Shown: piece after piece, positions 47,769 through 58,098 of the stretch
How the letters are laid out: every line of letters begins with the position of its first letter
Numbering within the stretch: the first letter of the stretch is position 1
Source: a virus
Length of the DNA stretch: 64,000 nucleotides
IMG/VR virus record: IMGVR_UViG_3300030012_002034
Location: 32,001 to 96,000 of that record
Strand: one strand, 5' to 3'
Notes under the pieces: model-generated
Databases searched by the model: none
The model's input: the letters and a program-made list of their open reading frames with translations, nothing else
Told to the model about the DNA's origin: nothing
Made by a program: the position numbers and the translations under genes

Positions 47769-48311
47769 ATGAAAAAACAAATTTCAAATCGCAAAGGAAA
47801 GTATCAGTTTGCAGGCAAGCTGTCAGACTTTCAAAAGTTAGAAGCTAACCCAAAAAGCTTCGTTAAGTATGAGCAGGATAAATACACTGCTTACCAAAAT
47901 TATCTTTACAAAAGAGCTTTATATGGATTTAAAGCAATGACTAAAGAAGAGTATAATAATACTTGTAAACAAAAGAAACAAAGAATAAGTAGAGTATATC
48001 TGAGAGCTCAAAAAGTTATTAATAAACTTAAACAGGAAAGTACAAATAGATACTCAAACTTTATATTTAAAACTTTGTTTCCAGATGCACCACTAACTGA
48101 TTGGTTCATTGAAAATAGTTTTACAGATGATAAATTTAAAAATACTCTTACCTTTGCTGACCTAGGTATATCCAAAGATGATATAGTTCAAATATTTATA
48201 AAAGAAGGTGTCTTACCTCATAATTTTATGGATATCACAGAACAACCTAAGTCTAAATTAAAGAGAAATAATTCTCAGAAATTACCAAGGTTAAAGTATC
48301 AATGTAAATGA
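47769..48311 (+). CDS. Hypothetical protein
   Basis: ORF track; YQNYLYKRALYG motif. Confidence 0.7.
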   Translation: MKKQISNRKGKYQFAGKLSDFQKLEANPKSFVKYEQDKYTAYQNYLYKRALYGFKAMTKEEYNNTCKQKKQRISRVYLRAQKVINKLKQESTNRYSNFIFKTLFPDAPLTDWFIENSFTDDKFKNTLTFADLGISKDDIVQIFIKEGVLPHNFMDITEQPKSKLKRNNSQKLPRLKYQCK

Positions 48312-48715
48312 TAAAAGCTAAAAAGAAAGTATGTGATTCTTGTGAAGAACTTACTTATATCTGGAAAAATTATGGCGGCATGCGCTGGTGTAAAAAATGC
48401 TGGAGTTGCCACAAGGCTAAAGAAGGTGTAAAAAAACCAACTACATCGGCCATCCGTCATAGTTCTGCCAGAAGACAAAAGAAAGATAATGAGTATTTAA
48501 AGTTAAGAAAGAGATACTTAAGTGAGAATTCATTATGTAAAGTAAAAGTAAAAGGATGCACAACACATGCAACAGATGTGCATCATACTAGGGGTGGCAG
48601 TGAAAGAGATGTATATTATTTAATACAATCTACTTGGCTACCTGTATGTAGAAGTTGTCATAACTGGATACATGCTAACCCTAAAGAAGCAAGAGAATTA
48701 AATTATTTAAAATAA
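48308..48715 (+). CDS. HNH endonuclease with N-terminal Zn ribbon
   Basis: CxxC pairs, DVHH, VCRSCHNWIH. Confidence 0.75.
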   Translation: MIKAKKKVCDSCEELTYIWKNYGGMRWCKKCWSCHKAKEGVKKPTTSAIRHSSARRQKKDNEYLKLRKRYLSENSLCKVKVKGCTTHATDVHHTRGGSERDVYYLIQSTWLPVCRSCHNWIHANPKEARELNYLK

Positions 48716-48716
48716 T

Positions 48717-49835
48717 ATGGACAAAACAAAAATTCAAGAGATTGCCCTGAAGCAGACTGATAGAGTCAAAAGATGCGGCTTAGGTTTAGCAACAGGTGTA
48801 GGTAAGACTTTACTAGGTCTTAAACATATGGAAAAAGAGTATAGTCCTTTGAAGAAGTATTTAGTAGTAGCTCCTAAGAAAGCTATTATGGAAGAGTGGA
48901 GATCACAGGCAGTCTTATTTAATAAAACTAAAGTGATATCAATTACAGAGTTTACAACTTATAGAAGTTTAAACAAAAAAGATCCTAAAGAATATGATGT
49001 TATTTATCTAGATGAGTGTCATAGTTTATTAGATAGTCATAGAACATTCTTATCTAATTATAATGGTAAGATTTTAGGATTAACAGGTACTCCTCCTAGA
49101 TTTACAAATTCTGAAAAGGGTAGGATGGTACAAGAGTACTGTCCAATTATTTGGAATTATTTAGCTGATGAAGCTATTGATGATAAAATTCTAAATGATT
49201 ATAAGATAGTTGTGCATCATATACAACTTACTTCTAAACCAGTAATACCTGTTACTGCAAGATTTGGAAAATTAAAGTTTAATACTTCTGAGAAGAAAAG
49301 TTATAACTATTGGAATACTAGATTAGATAATGCTTTTACTCCTAAAGAAATAAATATAGCTAGAATTCAAAGAATGAGAGCTTTAAAAGATTTTCCTAGT
49401 AAAGAAAAGTACACTAAAATACTTGCTCATTCTATAGAGAATACTGACAAAGATAAATGTTTAATCTTTGCAAATACTCAAGAGCAAGCTGATAAGTTAT
49501 CAGAGCATAGTTATCATAGTAATAACATTGATTCAGAAGATAATCTTAAACTATTTAAAGAAGGTAAGATTAATAGACTATCTTGTGTACTACAGTTAAG
49601 TGAAGGTGTAAATATACCTGATCTAAAACAAGGAATTATTATGCATGCATATGGTAATGAAAGAAAAGCTAGTCAAAGAATTGGTAGGCTTTTAAGATTA
49701 AATCCTGATGACACATCTATAATTCATATCTTATGTTACAAAGATACTATAGATGAGAAATGGGTAGCAAATGCATTAGAACCTTTTGATAAAGATAAAA
49801 TAATATTCAAAGATTTTAATATAAAAATCTGGTAA
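48717..49835 (+). CDS. Superfamily 2 helicase
   Basis: ATGVGKT, DECH, LTGT, EGVNIP, QRIGRLLR motifs. Confidence 0.9.
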   Translation: MDKTKIQEIALKQTDRVKRCGLGLATGVGKTLLGLKHMEKEYSPLKKYLVVAPKKAIMEEWRSQAVLFNKTKVISITEFTTYRSLNKKDPKEYDVIYLDECHSLLDSHRTFLSNYNGKILGLTGTPPRFTNSEKGRMVQEYCPIIWNYLADEAIDDKILNDYKIVVHHIQLTSKPVIPVTARFGKLKFNTSEKKSYNYWNTRLDNAFTPKEINIARIQRMRALKDFPSKEKYTKILAHSIENTDKDKCLIFANTQEQADKLSEHSYHSNNIDSEDNLKLFKEGKINRLSCVLQLSEGVNIPDLKQGIIMHAYGNERKASQRIGRLLRLNPDDTSIIHILCYKDTIDEKWVANALEPFDKDKIIFKDFNIKIW

Positions 49836-49854
49836 ATTTTTCGTAAATTATAGT

Positions 49855-50115
49855 ATGGAAGATAAGGTAAGAACACATAAAGTAACACTGTATAATGATG
49901 ATGATCATAGTTTTGAATTCGTAATGGCTTCATTAATAAAGTTTTGTGATCATGATATAAAACAAGCAGAACAGTGTGTATTAATCACTGATGCTACTGG
50001 AAAATGTGATGTCTTTAGTGGAAATTTTGATGAAGTTTTGGAAACTAAGCTAGAATTAGATAACTTAGGACTCAAAGTTGATCTTCATGAAACCGTTAAA
50101 AGTGATATGCATTGA
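49855..50115 (+). CDS. clpS: ATP-dependent Clp protease adaptor ClpS
   Basis: LYNDDDHSFEFV...QAEQC...GKCDV, Bacteroidota-type ClpS. Confidence 0.8.
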   Translation: MEDKVRTHKVTLYNDDDHSFEFVMASLIKFCDHDIKQAEQCVLITDATGKCDVFSGNFDEVLETKLELDNLGLKVDLHETVKSDMH

Positions 50116-50416
50116 TGCCTCTAATAAACCAGAGGAGATACCAGAAGATTTGTGGGTAAAACAAGATGAAATCTATACAATTAAGGATGTAGCTAGACTT
50201 GCTATTCAAGGAGATAAGATTGGTTATAAATTTGAAGAGATAGAATTAGATGAGTCTTGTTTTCCCTATGAGTTTTATAATGCAGATAGGTTTATGTTTT
50301 TATTAGATGTTACTATTGCTGCGGTATTAGAAGATCTTAGAGATTATGACCCTGATGATAATGGTGATGATGAAGATGATACACCTGCAGTAGCAAACTT
50401 TGAAAGTTTAAATTAA
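50087..50416 (+). CDS. Hypothetical protein
   Basis: KVICID...YT...RF; start revised to MKPLKV. Confidence 0.65.
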   Translation: MKPLKVICIDASNKPEEIPEDLWVKQDEIYTIKDVARLAIQGDKIGYKFEEIELDESCFPYEFYNADRFMFLLDVTIAAVLEDLRDYDPDDNGDDEDDTPAVANFESLN

Positions 50417-50424
50417 TTTTATTT

Positions 50425-50610
50425 ATGAAAAAGTCTAATGATTTAGGCTGCTATCTTATGATGGTTAGCTATATGTATTTAGTATTTACACAAGTATTTG
50501 CTTTATATTTTTTTTGGGAATATTATAGCACTCATTCCTTTTGGAATTCAATAATATTTGGTAGCTTAGTAGCTGAGATCAAAGGATTATTATTTCCATT
50601 TTTTATATGA
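50425..50610 (+). CDS. Small membrane protein
   Basis: Hydrophobic 61 aa. Confidence 0.55.
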   Translation: MKKSNDLGCYLMMVSYMYLVFTQVFALYFFWEYYSTHSFWNSIIFGSLVAEIKGLLFPFFI

Positions 50611-51110
50611 ACCAACAATATTCCATGCTGGATGTAGTACAAGAATTAAGACAATTAGTACCTACTAAAGTTACAAGAAAAAGAGTTTATTTAGATAGAA
50701 GAAACTATCTTATATGTATATTATATTACAAGTTTAAATGCTCAGAAGAGTATATTGCAAGTAATCTAAATGTAAAAAGGTGTTCTGTGACTCATGCTAA
50801 GAGACAGCCTATATATCTTGTTAAATCAGGTGATCCTTTATTTCAGAAAAATGTTTTAGAATTACAAAAGAAATATCCTTATGAACTCCCTAAAACAGAT
50901 GCTCCAATAGGTAAAGGTAGAAAGAAAACAAAAACAATATTTTTAGACACTGAAACTTTAAATAGAATACAATCATTTAAAGAAAAATTTCATGTTGATA
51001 ATACTAGATCTGCATTAAGATTACTTATTGATTTAGGTTTAGATAAAGTTGAAAAAGGGAATATAACATTTGAAGTGTTATGGAAAGCTAAAAAGAAAAT
51101 TAATAAATAA
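50607..51110 (+). CDS. DNA-binding protein (DnaA C-terminal HTH-like plus possible RHH)
   Basis: TRKR.Y..RR...IA..LN....SVTHA pattern. Confidence 0.5.
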   Translation: MNQQYSMLDVVQELRQLVPTKVTRKRVYLDRRNYLICILYYKFKCSEEYIASNLNVKRCSVTHAKRQPIYLVKSGDPLFQKNVLELQKKYPYELPKTDAPIGKGRKKTKTIFLDTETLNRIQSFKEKFHVDNTRSALRLLIDLGLDKVEKGNITFEVLWKAKKKINK

Positions 51111-51244
51111 TTAAATGGAAACAATATTTAAGTTATTTAATGAATTAGAACTTTTAGTAAGAGAGGGTAAGCACCCTAATAAACAAGTGCAGTTAATTAT
51201 AAGTATTAGAATACTTTTAAGTGAACTTAATAAAAAATAAATAT

Positions 51245-52179
51245 ATGGCAATAGATAATGAAACTTTTCATCATTTTAGAGAAAAGAAAAAGCAAGAAAT
51301 TCTAGACAGACTAGAGTTTCATAGTATAAGACATAAAGACAAATGTGAAATTTGGATGGATCCTTTTACAGATAAGAAATATAATGTTAAAATAGAAGTT
51401 AAAAGAAGATTTGATGATATGAAAGAGGTATCAGATGAGTAGATGGAAAACAATATTTAGACTAAATATATTCTGTTATAAAATAAGAATCTATAAAAGG
51501 AGAAGATGATGAAAGGCAGTATGATTTACACAAAAGGGCTGGAAGATCAAATTCAAGATTTAAAAACAGAGCTCTTAGAAATCAGAAAACATAAAAAAGA
51601 ATCTGAATTAAAAATGTATAAGAAAGCATATCAGGTGCTTAAAAACTATATTAAAGATAGTAAACAAGAAGTACCAGAATATATTAAAGAAATATTAGAA
51701 CTTGAATTATGAAGTATGGGAAGAATGAAAGATGTATTTATACAAATGAGAGCAGAGGAATATGAGGGAGATGTAAACACTTATGTAAAAAAATACGCTG
51801 AAGAATTAAATTCTATTAAGTATTTTTGTACACACTGCGGTAAAACATGGTCATATAAGCATGATCAAGAAAATGAAGTGTGTCCTGAATGCTTTAGCAC
51901 AGTAATAGAAACAGTTATAAAACACAATAAATGAAACCAATTGAAGAAGATCTAGAGTACATGGAAGGAATATGGGCTGGTAAAGTATTAGTACAACACT
52001 TAGATAGCAGTACTTATGGTACTCTAGATGTAGCAATTGGTGTTAAGAAAACTGTTGTAGAAAAGTTTGAAAAAGAGTTTGGGTATAGTAGAAACATGCC
52101 TGAATATAATAGAGATTACGCATTTAATCTCGGAATGCTGGATGCATTAAAAGAATATAAAAAGAATCAAGAAGACTGA
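51245..52179 (+). CDS. Run of four small hypothetical ORFs (about 51245-51442, 51506-51712, 51716-51934 with CxxC...CxxC, 51931-52179)
   Basis: Tightly packed co-oriented ORFs. Confidence 0.6.
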
Positions 52180-52180
52180 T

Positions 52181-52789
52181 ATGGCAAGGTATTATCATAG
52201 TCCTAGCATATTTGTTGATAACTTAGTAAAAGGAAGAATGGGACAATATTTTAAAGCGTTTAATTTAGATAAGAGAGAAGTTGTAAAACCAGATTGGTTA
52301 AAACTTATGGAGCATAGCTACATAGATAATGAATCTGTTAGTTCTGTAGAAATGTTACTTATAGAGGGAGGCAGATGGCACAAAGATAGAATAGTTTGGG
52401 GTGGAGATTATGGAGAGATGGAATTATGGTCAATGCTCTATGAAGATAAAGCTAAAGATTGGACTGAACTTAAGGGTTTAATTGAAGTAATACCAAATAA
52501 GTATAGATATGTCGTTAATTATGATACAAAAGAGTATGTAGATAAACAAGAGGCTATTCCTGAGTTTACAAAATATACTGATGGGTATACTGAAGAAATA
52601 ACAATACACCCTATGCCGTTGCTGCTAGCAGATGGAAACGGAGGTGGTGGTGGAGATTATCATGGTAGTGATATGTATTTAGTAGGTAGTTGGAAATGTA
52701 ATAGAATTGGTATTCTAGAGGAAGTTCCAGAAAATTTTACTAAATTAAACTATAAGTTCAGAAGAGCTGGTAGTTACGTAGATCATTAA
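52181..52789 (+). CDS. Conserved phage protein (MGQYF...LKLMEHSY...WxxDRIVWGGDY family)
   Basis: Motifs as listed; the true start may be MGQYF. Confidence 0.7.
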   Translation: MARYYHSPSIFVDNLVKGRMGQYFKAFNLDKREVVKPDWLKLMEHSYIDNESVSSVEMLLIEGGRWHKDRIVWGGDYGEMELWSMLYEDKAKDWTELKGLIEVIPNKYRYVVNYDTKEYVDKQEAIPEFTKYTDGYTEEITIHPMPLLLADGNGGGGGDYHGSDMYLVGSWKCNRIGILEEVPENFTKLNYKFRRAGSYVDH

Positions 52790-52805
52790 TCATAAAATTT
52801 AAACC

Positions 52806-52994
52806 ATGCCAAAAAAAATGTACACGTTTTATATCAAAGGAGATATAAGTCAAGAAGCAATATCTCTTGTTAGTTGTGAAGATAAAGAAGAAGCAATAAA
52901 AATCTTTTGTAATCAGAAACAATTAACTAGAGATGATTTTTTAGAACTATTTGAAGTATCAGATGAAAATGGAAGTAACCAGGAAGATATCTAA
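52806..52994 (+). CDS. Hypothetical protein
   Basis: ORF track. Confidence 0.6.
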   Translation: MPKKMYTFYIKGDISQEAISLVSCEDKEEAIKIFCNQKQLTRDDFLELFEVSDENGSNQEDI

Positions 52995-53373
52995 CTTCTT
53001 AAAAAAGATAATTAAAGAACATTTTGAGATAACTAAACACACTGCAAATAAAAATCTTAATTACCTGTGGTTTATGTACTCATCAGGTACAAAGAAAGAT
53101 AACCTTAAAGATGCCTATATGCTAATGTTTTGTGCAGAGCTAGGTATTCTTAAAGAAATGGGTTACATAAGTCATGAGGAAGCAGATAATATAATTAGAA
53201 TGTTACATTCAGATGATACAGACAATCATTTTGTTGCATTTCTAACTGTAAAAACTCTAAGAACTCAAAGAATAAAAGATCATGGAGAGTTTAATCAACA
53301 TAATACTACTTATGATAAAGTAGTAGCTAACTATGCATTTCATGATTTAAAAATTTTAACTGGAGAAAAATGA
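52951..53373 (+). CDS. Hypothetical protein with MLxSxDxDN motif
   Basis: ORF track. Confidence 0.6.
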   Translation: MKYQMKMEVTRKISNFLKKIIKEHFEITKHTANKNLNYLWFMYSSGTKKDNLKDAYMLMFCAELGILKEMGYISHEEADNIIRMLHSDDTDNHFVAFLTVKTLRTQRIKDHGEFNQHNTTYDKVVANYAFHDLKILTGEK

Positions 53374-53633
53374 CAGAACAAGAACTAAAAGACTTAGGTT
53401 TTGAGAGAACTAAAGTTTTAAAAGAAGAAAGTAATAATGATTTTGATTATTATTATTATACATTAAAAATAGGAAACGTATTACATCTTACAAGTACAGA
53501 CAGTAAACAAATAGAAGAAAAAGGCGGTAAGGATGAATGGTTTGTATATAACTATGAGTGGGCTAATTGTACTATAAAAGATTCTAAAAGTATTAAGAAT
53601 CTCAAAGAAATGATTACTTCCTGGCAAAACTAA
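53370..53633 (+). CDS. Hypothetical protein
   Basis: MTEQELKDLGF family. Confidence 0.65.
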   Translation: MTEQELKDLGFERTKVLKEESNNDFDYYYYTLKIGNVLHLTSTDSKQIEEKGGKDEWFVYNYEWANCTIKDSKSIKNLKEMITSWQN

Positions 53634-53637
53634 ATTT

Positions 53638-54009
53638 ATGTTAACACTTAAGATGACTAAGCATAATGGTAAAATAATTTATAAGAATGATTCAGATAAA
53701 TTAAGATACCGTTTGTTTGTAGATAAACTTAAAGAAGGACAAGATCTAGAATTTTTTGTAGATGTAGTTTCAAAGAAAGCATCTACAGCTCAAATTACAA
53801 AAGTCCACACATGTATAAGACTATTAGCTGGAGAAGCTGGATACACATTTGATGAGATGAAAAGTATTGTTAAAGAAAAAGCAGGACTATATATTGAAGG
53901 AGAAGAAGACCTTAAGTCTTTTGCTCATTGTAGCAAAGATGAAATAACTATGGCAATAGAGGTTTGTAATGAAATAGGAAGAGATTTTAATATGGACTTT
54001 ATACAGTAG
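53638..54009 (+). CDS. NinB/YbcN-like protein
   Basis: S.AQ...H..IR.LA.E.GYTFDEMK...KSFA..SK.E pattern. Confidence 0.5.
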   Translation: MLTLKMTKHNGKIIYKNDSDKLRYRLFVDKLKEGQDLEFFVDVVSKKASTAQITKVHTCIRLLAGEAGYTFDEMKSIVKEKAGLYIEGEEDLKSFAHCSKDEITMAIEVCNEIGRDFNMDFIQ

Positions 54010-54310
54010 GAGGTACATATCCTTCATCACCTTCTTCAAGAATTTCTTTTTCATCATAAAGGTTATTGTTCTTAGCTTGAGTTTCAATTTCAGCAAGAAG
54101 CAAAGTAATAGTATAAAAAGATCTTTCTAATTCATTAAGATCTTCATATTTACTTTCCATAATCTTTTTAAGAGTTTCTTCTCTTTTTTTGTCATCTTCA
54201 GGAAGCTGCTTGAATAGATAGAAAGAAACATTTTTACTCATTAAGTAAAATGCTTTGTTAACTTTAATCTCTACTAGAGCATCTTCTTTTAAATCTTTAA
54301 CTTTAATCAT
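53999..54310 (-). CDS. Lone antisense-oriented hypothetical protein
   Basis: 103-aa ORF filling an intergenic gap, with a TATATTTG box at 54315-54322. Confidence 0.7.
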   Translation of the reverse strand: MIKVKDLKEDALVEIKVNKAFYLMSKNVSFYLFKQLPEDDKKREETLKKIMESKYEDLNELERSFYTITLLLAEIETQAKNNNLYDEKEILEEGDEGYVPPTV

Positions 54311-54327
54311 AGAACAAATATACTAAA

Positions 54328-55041
54328 ATGAAATCAACTATCAATATTGAAGATATAAAAAACAAATTGTATAATAATTTAAAGGCTTCAGGATGGGCCC
54401 GTATATTAAAAGGATTTATTTATAGTAAAGACTTTGATAATATTATCAAAGAATTAGCTAAACAATCAAGTGAGGGTAAAAGATTTACTCCAACTTTTAA
54501 AAATATGTTTAGAGCTTTTGAAGAATGTCCTTATGATAAACTAAAAGTAGTAGTAGTTGGGCAAGATCCATATCCTACACCAGGAGTAGCTGATGGTATT
54601 GCATTTTCCTGTAAGAATACACCTAACCTACAACCAAGTATAAGATATATTCTTACTGCTATTAATGATACAGTATACAACGGTAATGCTACATCTTCTG
54701 AACAAGATCTTACAAAATGGGCTAATCAAGGTATACTATTACTAAACACGGCTCTTACTACAACTGTAAGTAAATCAGGTCAGCATTTTAAAATATGGCA
54801 ACCCTTTACAGCATACCTTTTTGATTGGTTAAATTGGCATAACTCAGGAATTGTGTATATTTACATGGGAAGAAAAGCTGAAGAGTGGAGAGATTCTGTT
54901 TCAGATAATAACTATAAGTTAATAGTATCACATCCAGCTAGTGCTGCATACACTAAGCAACAAAAATGGGAATGTAATGATGTATTTAATCATACAAATA
55001 AAATTATGCATAATTTGTATGGAGAAAAAATAATTTGGTAG
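54328..55041 (+). CDS. ung: Uracil-DNA glycosylase (family 1)
   Basis: VVVVGQDPYP, GIAFS, WANQGILLLNTALT, HPAS motifs. Confidence 0.92.
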   Translation: MKSTINIEDIKNKLYNNLKASGWARILKGFIYSKDFDNIIKELAKQSSEGKRFTPTFKNMFRAFEECPYDKLKVVVVGQDPYPTPGVADGIAFSCKNTPNLQPSIRYILTAINDTVYNGNATSSEQDLTKWANQGILLLNTALTTTVSKSGQHFKIWQPFTAYLFDWLNWHNSGIVYIYMGRKAEEWRDSVSDNNYKLIVSHPASAAYTKQQKWECNDVFNHTNKIMHNLYGEKIIW

Positions 55042-55042
55042 C

Positions 55043-55630
55043 ATGGATGAAATATTTAATGTACTCAGGAAATACAAATTAACACCTAATCAATTTTATG
55101 TACTTTATAATATGAAGTATAAAGTAAAAACTGAGAATTTTGTAAATATATCTTTAGAATTAACAAGACTAAAGAATGATAAATGGTTAAAAGACACTAA
55201 TAAATTGACTGATAAAGCAATAATAGTTGTACAACAAGTAGAAGAGTTTTTTAAAGCTCAAAAAAAGAAAACATCTGCTAGTTTAATGGGACCAGAATTT
55301 ATAAATAAAATTAAGGAATATTCAGAAATTTTTCCTAAATTTAAACTTCCAAGCGGTAAGTATGCTAGAACAAATATCAAGACTTTAGAGAATACATTTA
55401 GATGGTTCTTTAATAACTTTGATTATAAATGGGAAACTATTCTCATAGCAGCAAAAAACTATGTGGAAGAATATGAAATGAATAATTACAAGTACATGAG
55501 AACTTCTCAGTACTTTGTTAGAAAACAGAACCAGGATAAAACATATGATTCAGAGTTGGCTGATTATTGTGAAGCATTAATCAATGGAGTAGATGAAAAG
55601 AAGAATCATTTTAAAGAAAGAGTAGTATGA
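55043..55630 (+). CDS. Putative replication organiser / helicase loader
   Basis: wHTH-like N-terminus, FP.....SG.YAR domain, upstream of DnaB as in crAss-like phages. Confidence 0.55.
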   Translation: MDEIFNVLRKYKLTPNQFYVLYNMKYKVKTENFVNISLELTRLKNDKWLKDTNKLTDKAIIVVQQVEEFFKAQKKKTSASLMGPEFINKIKEYSEIFPKFKLPSGKYARTNIKTLENTFRWFFNNFDYKWETILIAAKNYVEEYEMNNYKYMRTSQYFVRKQNQDKTYDSELADYCEALINGVDEKKNHFKERVV

Positions 55631-55818
55631 AATTTTTAAAAAAACCAAAATTAACGCTGGCTATAATAGCTATTATAGGAAGTCTATCAGCTTGGGCACT
55701 AATTAATCTAGCATTAATTAAGATAAATCTATTTGAGTATTTTGTAATTGAAATAATAATTACAGTATTACATTTACTATACAATAAAGCAAAGAAGGAT
55801 CTTATTCCTCAATCATAA
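55627..55818 (+). CDS. Small membrane protein
   Basis: Two hydrophobic segments. Confidence 0.55.
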   Translation: MKFLKKPKLTLAIIAIIGSLSAWALINLALIKINLFEYFVIEIIITVLHLLYNKAKKDLIPQS

Positions 55819-55824
55819 TAATTT

Positions 55825-56808
55825 ATGAGTACGTTATCTGCAGCAGCTTCAACTAAATGGAGCAGTCAAAAGACTGGCTTTATAGATGCCCTTCATTATA
55901 TGAAAGGTAGAATGGATGGAAATATAAAGAGTCTCAAAACTCCGTGGCATAAATTTAATGATGCTACTACGGATGGTATTGAGTGGAATACTCTTACGGT
56001 TATTGGTGGAAGACCTGGTTCAGGTAAAACACTAATAGTAGACCAAATAGTTAGGGAATCTTTTGTACTTAATGCAGGTGAAAACTTTAGAGTATTGCAA
56101 TTTCAATTTGAAATGTTAGCTAGAACAAGTGCTATCAGAGAATATTCTAGTGTGCTTAGACAAACATATAAACATTTATGCAGTGCTGATGGGAGTCTGA
56201 CTCCGGATGAACTGCAGAAATGTTATGACTATGCTAAAAAGAAAGTAAAGTATCCTATTGATATAGTAGAAAGACCATGTACTGTTGAAGAATTTAAAAC
56301 AATAGTTCATGATTATATGAAGCATCATAAAGTAAGAAGAGAAGAGGATGATATTTATACTAAAACTTTAATTACTATTGACCATTCTTTGTTATTCAAA
56401 AAAGATGTAAATGAAAGAGATAAGTTAGAACAACTAAATAAACTTGGAGAAGCTTTAACTTATCTCAAAAGATTATATCCTATTTCTTTTATTGTACTAA
56501 GTCAGTTGAATAGAAACATTGATAAGCCAGAAAGAAATGAAGATGGTAAATATGGTAATTATATTTTAGAATCTGATCTTTTTGGAGCAGATGCTTTATT
56601 ACAACATGCGGATACTTTAGTAGGTATTAACAGACCAGCTAAGCAAAAGATAAGATATTATGGACCAGAGAAATATGTTATAGATAATGACAAAGTTCTT
56701 GTTATGCATTTTCTTAAATGTAGAAATGGTGATAATAGATTAAGTTTCTTTAGAGCTGAGTTTGAAAAGATGACTATTAAAGAGATGCTTACACCTCTAA
56801 CTAAATAA
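55825..56808 (+). CDS. dnaB: DnaB-like replicative helicase
   Basis: GGRPGSGKT, FEM, IDH, LSQLNR, SDL.GAD...Q.AD, K.RNG motifs. Confidence 0.9.
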   Translation: MSTLSAAASTKWSSQKTGFIDALHYMKGRMDGNIKSLKTPWHKFNDATTDGIEWNTLTVIGGRPGSGKTLIVDQIVRESFVLNAGENFRVLQFQFEMLARTSAIREYSSVLRQTYKHLCSADGSLTPDELQKCYDYAKKKVKYPIDIVERPCTVEEFKTIVHDYMKHHKVRREEDDIYTKTLITIDHSLLFKKDVNERDKLEQLNKLGEALTYLKRLYPISFIVLSQLNRNIDKPERNEDGKYGNYILESDLFGADALLQHADTLVGINRPAKQKIRYYGPEKYVIDNDKVLVMHFLKCRNGDNRLSFFRAEFEKMTIKEMLTPLTK

Positions 56809-56810
56809 TT

Positions 56811-57353
56811 ATGCTTAAGAAAAAACCATTTGATAGAAGAAAGGCTACGGCAGAGGTTTTAAACCATCATAAAGATAAGTTTAATAAGTTAAATATTAAT
56901 GATCCTTTATTTATACCTAAGTGTGCATATAGACCTTACGGTAGTGATGAATTACACATATCATTTTTTCCTAGTGAAATAGAAAAGGAACAAGATATTT
57001 ATACTGAATTCTGTAGTAAAGAATGTGAGCCTGAAACTAAAGAAAGAATACTGTATAAGTGGAGACATAATCCACATTATAAGGAAGAGTATGAACACAC
57101 AGAACCTAATGATAGGGGACATGTAAGATATCTTATTCCTGTATCAGAGTTAATTGATCAAGATAAAATAATAGAGCAAGACAAAAAAGAAGAAGAAATA
57201 GAAAACGCTTTTCCAGATTTTAAAAGTGAGTTTATAGATCCTAATACTGATAATCCAATTAATCAGATGACTATAAGAGACTTTGCTTCAATACTTTGGA
57301 AGAAGCCAATTAGTAATAAAAAATGGTTAAACAATTTAATTAAAGATTTATGA
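56811..57353 (+). CDS. Hypothetical protein
   Basis: YLIPVSEL and MTIRDFASI..KKP.S.K.WLN motifs. Confidence 0.7.
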   Translation: MLKKKPFDRRKATAEVLNHHKDKFNKLNINDPLFIPKCAYRPYGSDELHISFFPSEIEKEQDIYTEFCSKECEPETKERILYKWRHNPHYKEEYEHTEPNDRGHVRYLIPVSELIDQDKIIEQDKKEEEIENAFPDFKSEFIDPNTDNPINQMTIRDFASILWKKPISNKKWLNNLIKDL

Positions 57354-58075
57354 GTATAGTACTTCCAACAAAAAAAGTAAAGAAAGAAAGAGTTAATCCA
57401 AAAAGATTAATAATTTATAGTAAGCCTAAAACAGGTAAAACAACTGCATTCGCAGGATTAGAAGATAACCTTATTCTAGATTTAGAACAAGGTTCTGAAT
57501 ACGTTGAAGCTCTAAAAGTTAAAATAAATAACTTACAAGAGTTATTAGATACAGGTAAAGCAATAAAAGAACAAGGTAAACCATATAAATATGTAACTGT
57601 TGATACAGTAACTGCATTAGAAAGCATGGTTATGCCTCTTGCTGTAAAGTTATACAGACAAACTCCTATGGGTAAAAGTTATCAAGGAGATAATGTAGTA
57701 ACATTACCTAATGGTGCAGGATATTTATATATAAGACAAGCATTTTTTCAAGTCTTAGATTTTATAGATACCTTAGCACCACATGTTATATTATCAGGAC
57801 ATATTAAGGATAAAGTTGTAGATGATAAAGGCTCAATGGTTATGTCAGCTAATATAGATTTGACAGGTAAAATTAAGTCTCTTATATGTGCTAATGCAGA
57901 TGCTATTGGATACATGTATAGAAAAGGTAATCAGACAATAATTAACTTTAATAATAATGATGGGGTTACTTGCGGTGCAAGACCAGATCATTTAAGAAAT
58001 AAAGAAGTAGTTATATCTGAAATGAATAAAAAGGGTGAGATTGATACTCACTGGAATAAAGTATATATTGATTAA
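57350..58075 (+). CDS. AAA_24/Sak4-like ATPase
   Basis: YSKPKTGKTT, LDLEQG, VDTVT, GAGY, ADAIGY. Confidence 0.8.
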   Translation: MSIVLPTKKVKKERVNPKRLIIYSKPKTGKTTAFAGLEDNLILDLEQGSEYVEALKVKINNLQELLDTGKAIKEQGKPYKYVTVDTVTALESMVMPLAVKLYRQTPMGKSYQGDNVVTLPNGAGYLYIRQAFFQVLDFIDTLAPHVILSGHIKDKVVDDKGSMVMSANIDLTGKIKSLICANADAIGYMYRKGNQTIINFNNNDGVTCGARPDHLRNKEVVISEMNKKGEIDTHWNKVYID

Positions 58076-58098
58076 TTAATAACAAAAACAAAAGTAAA

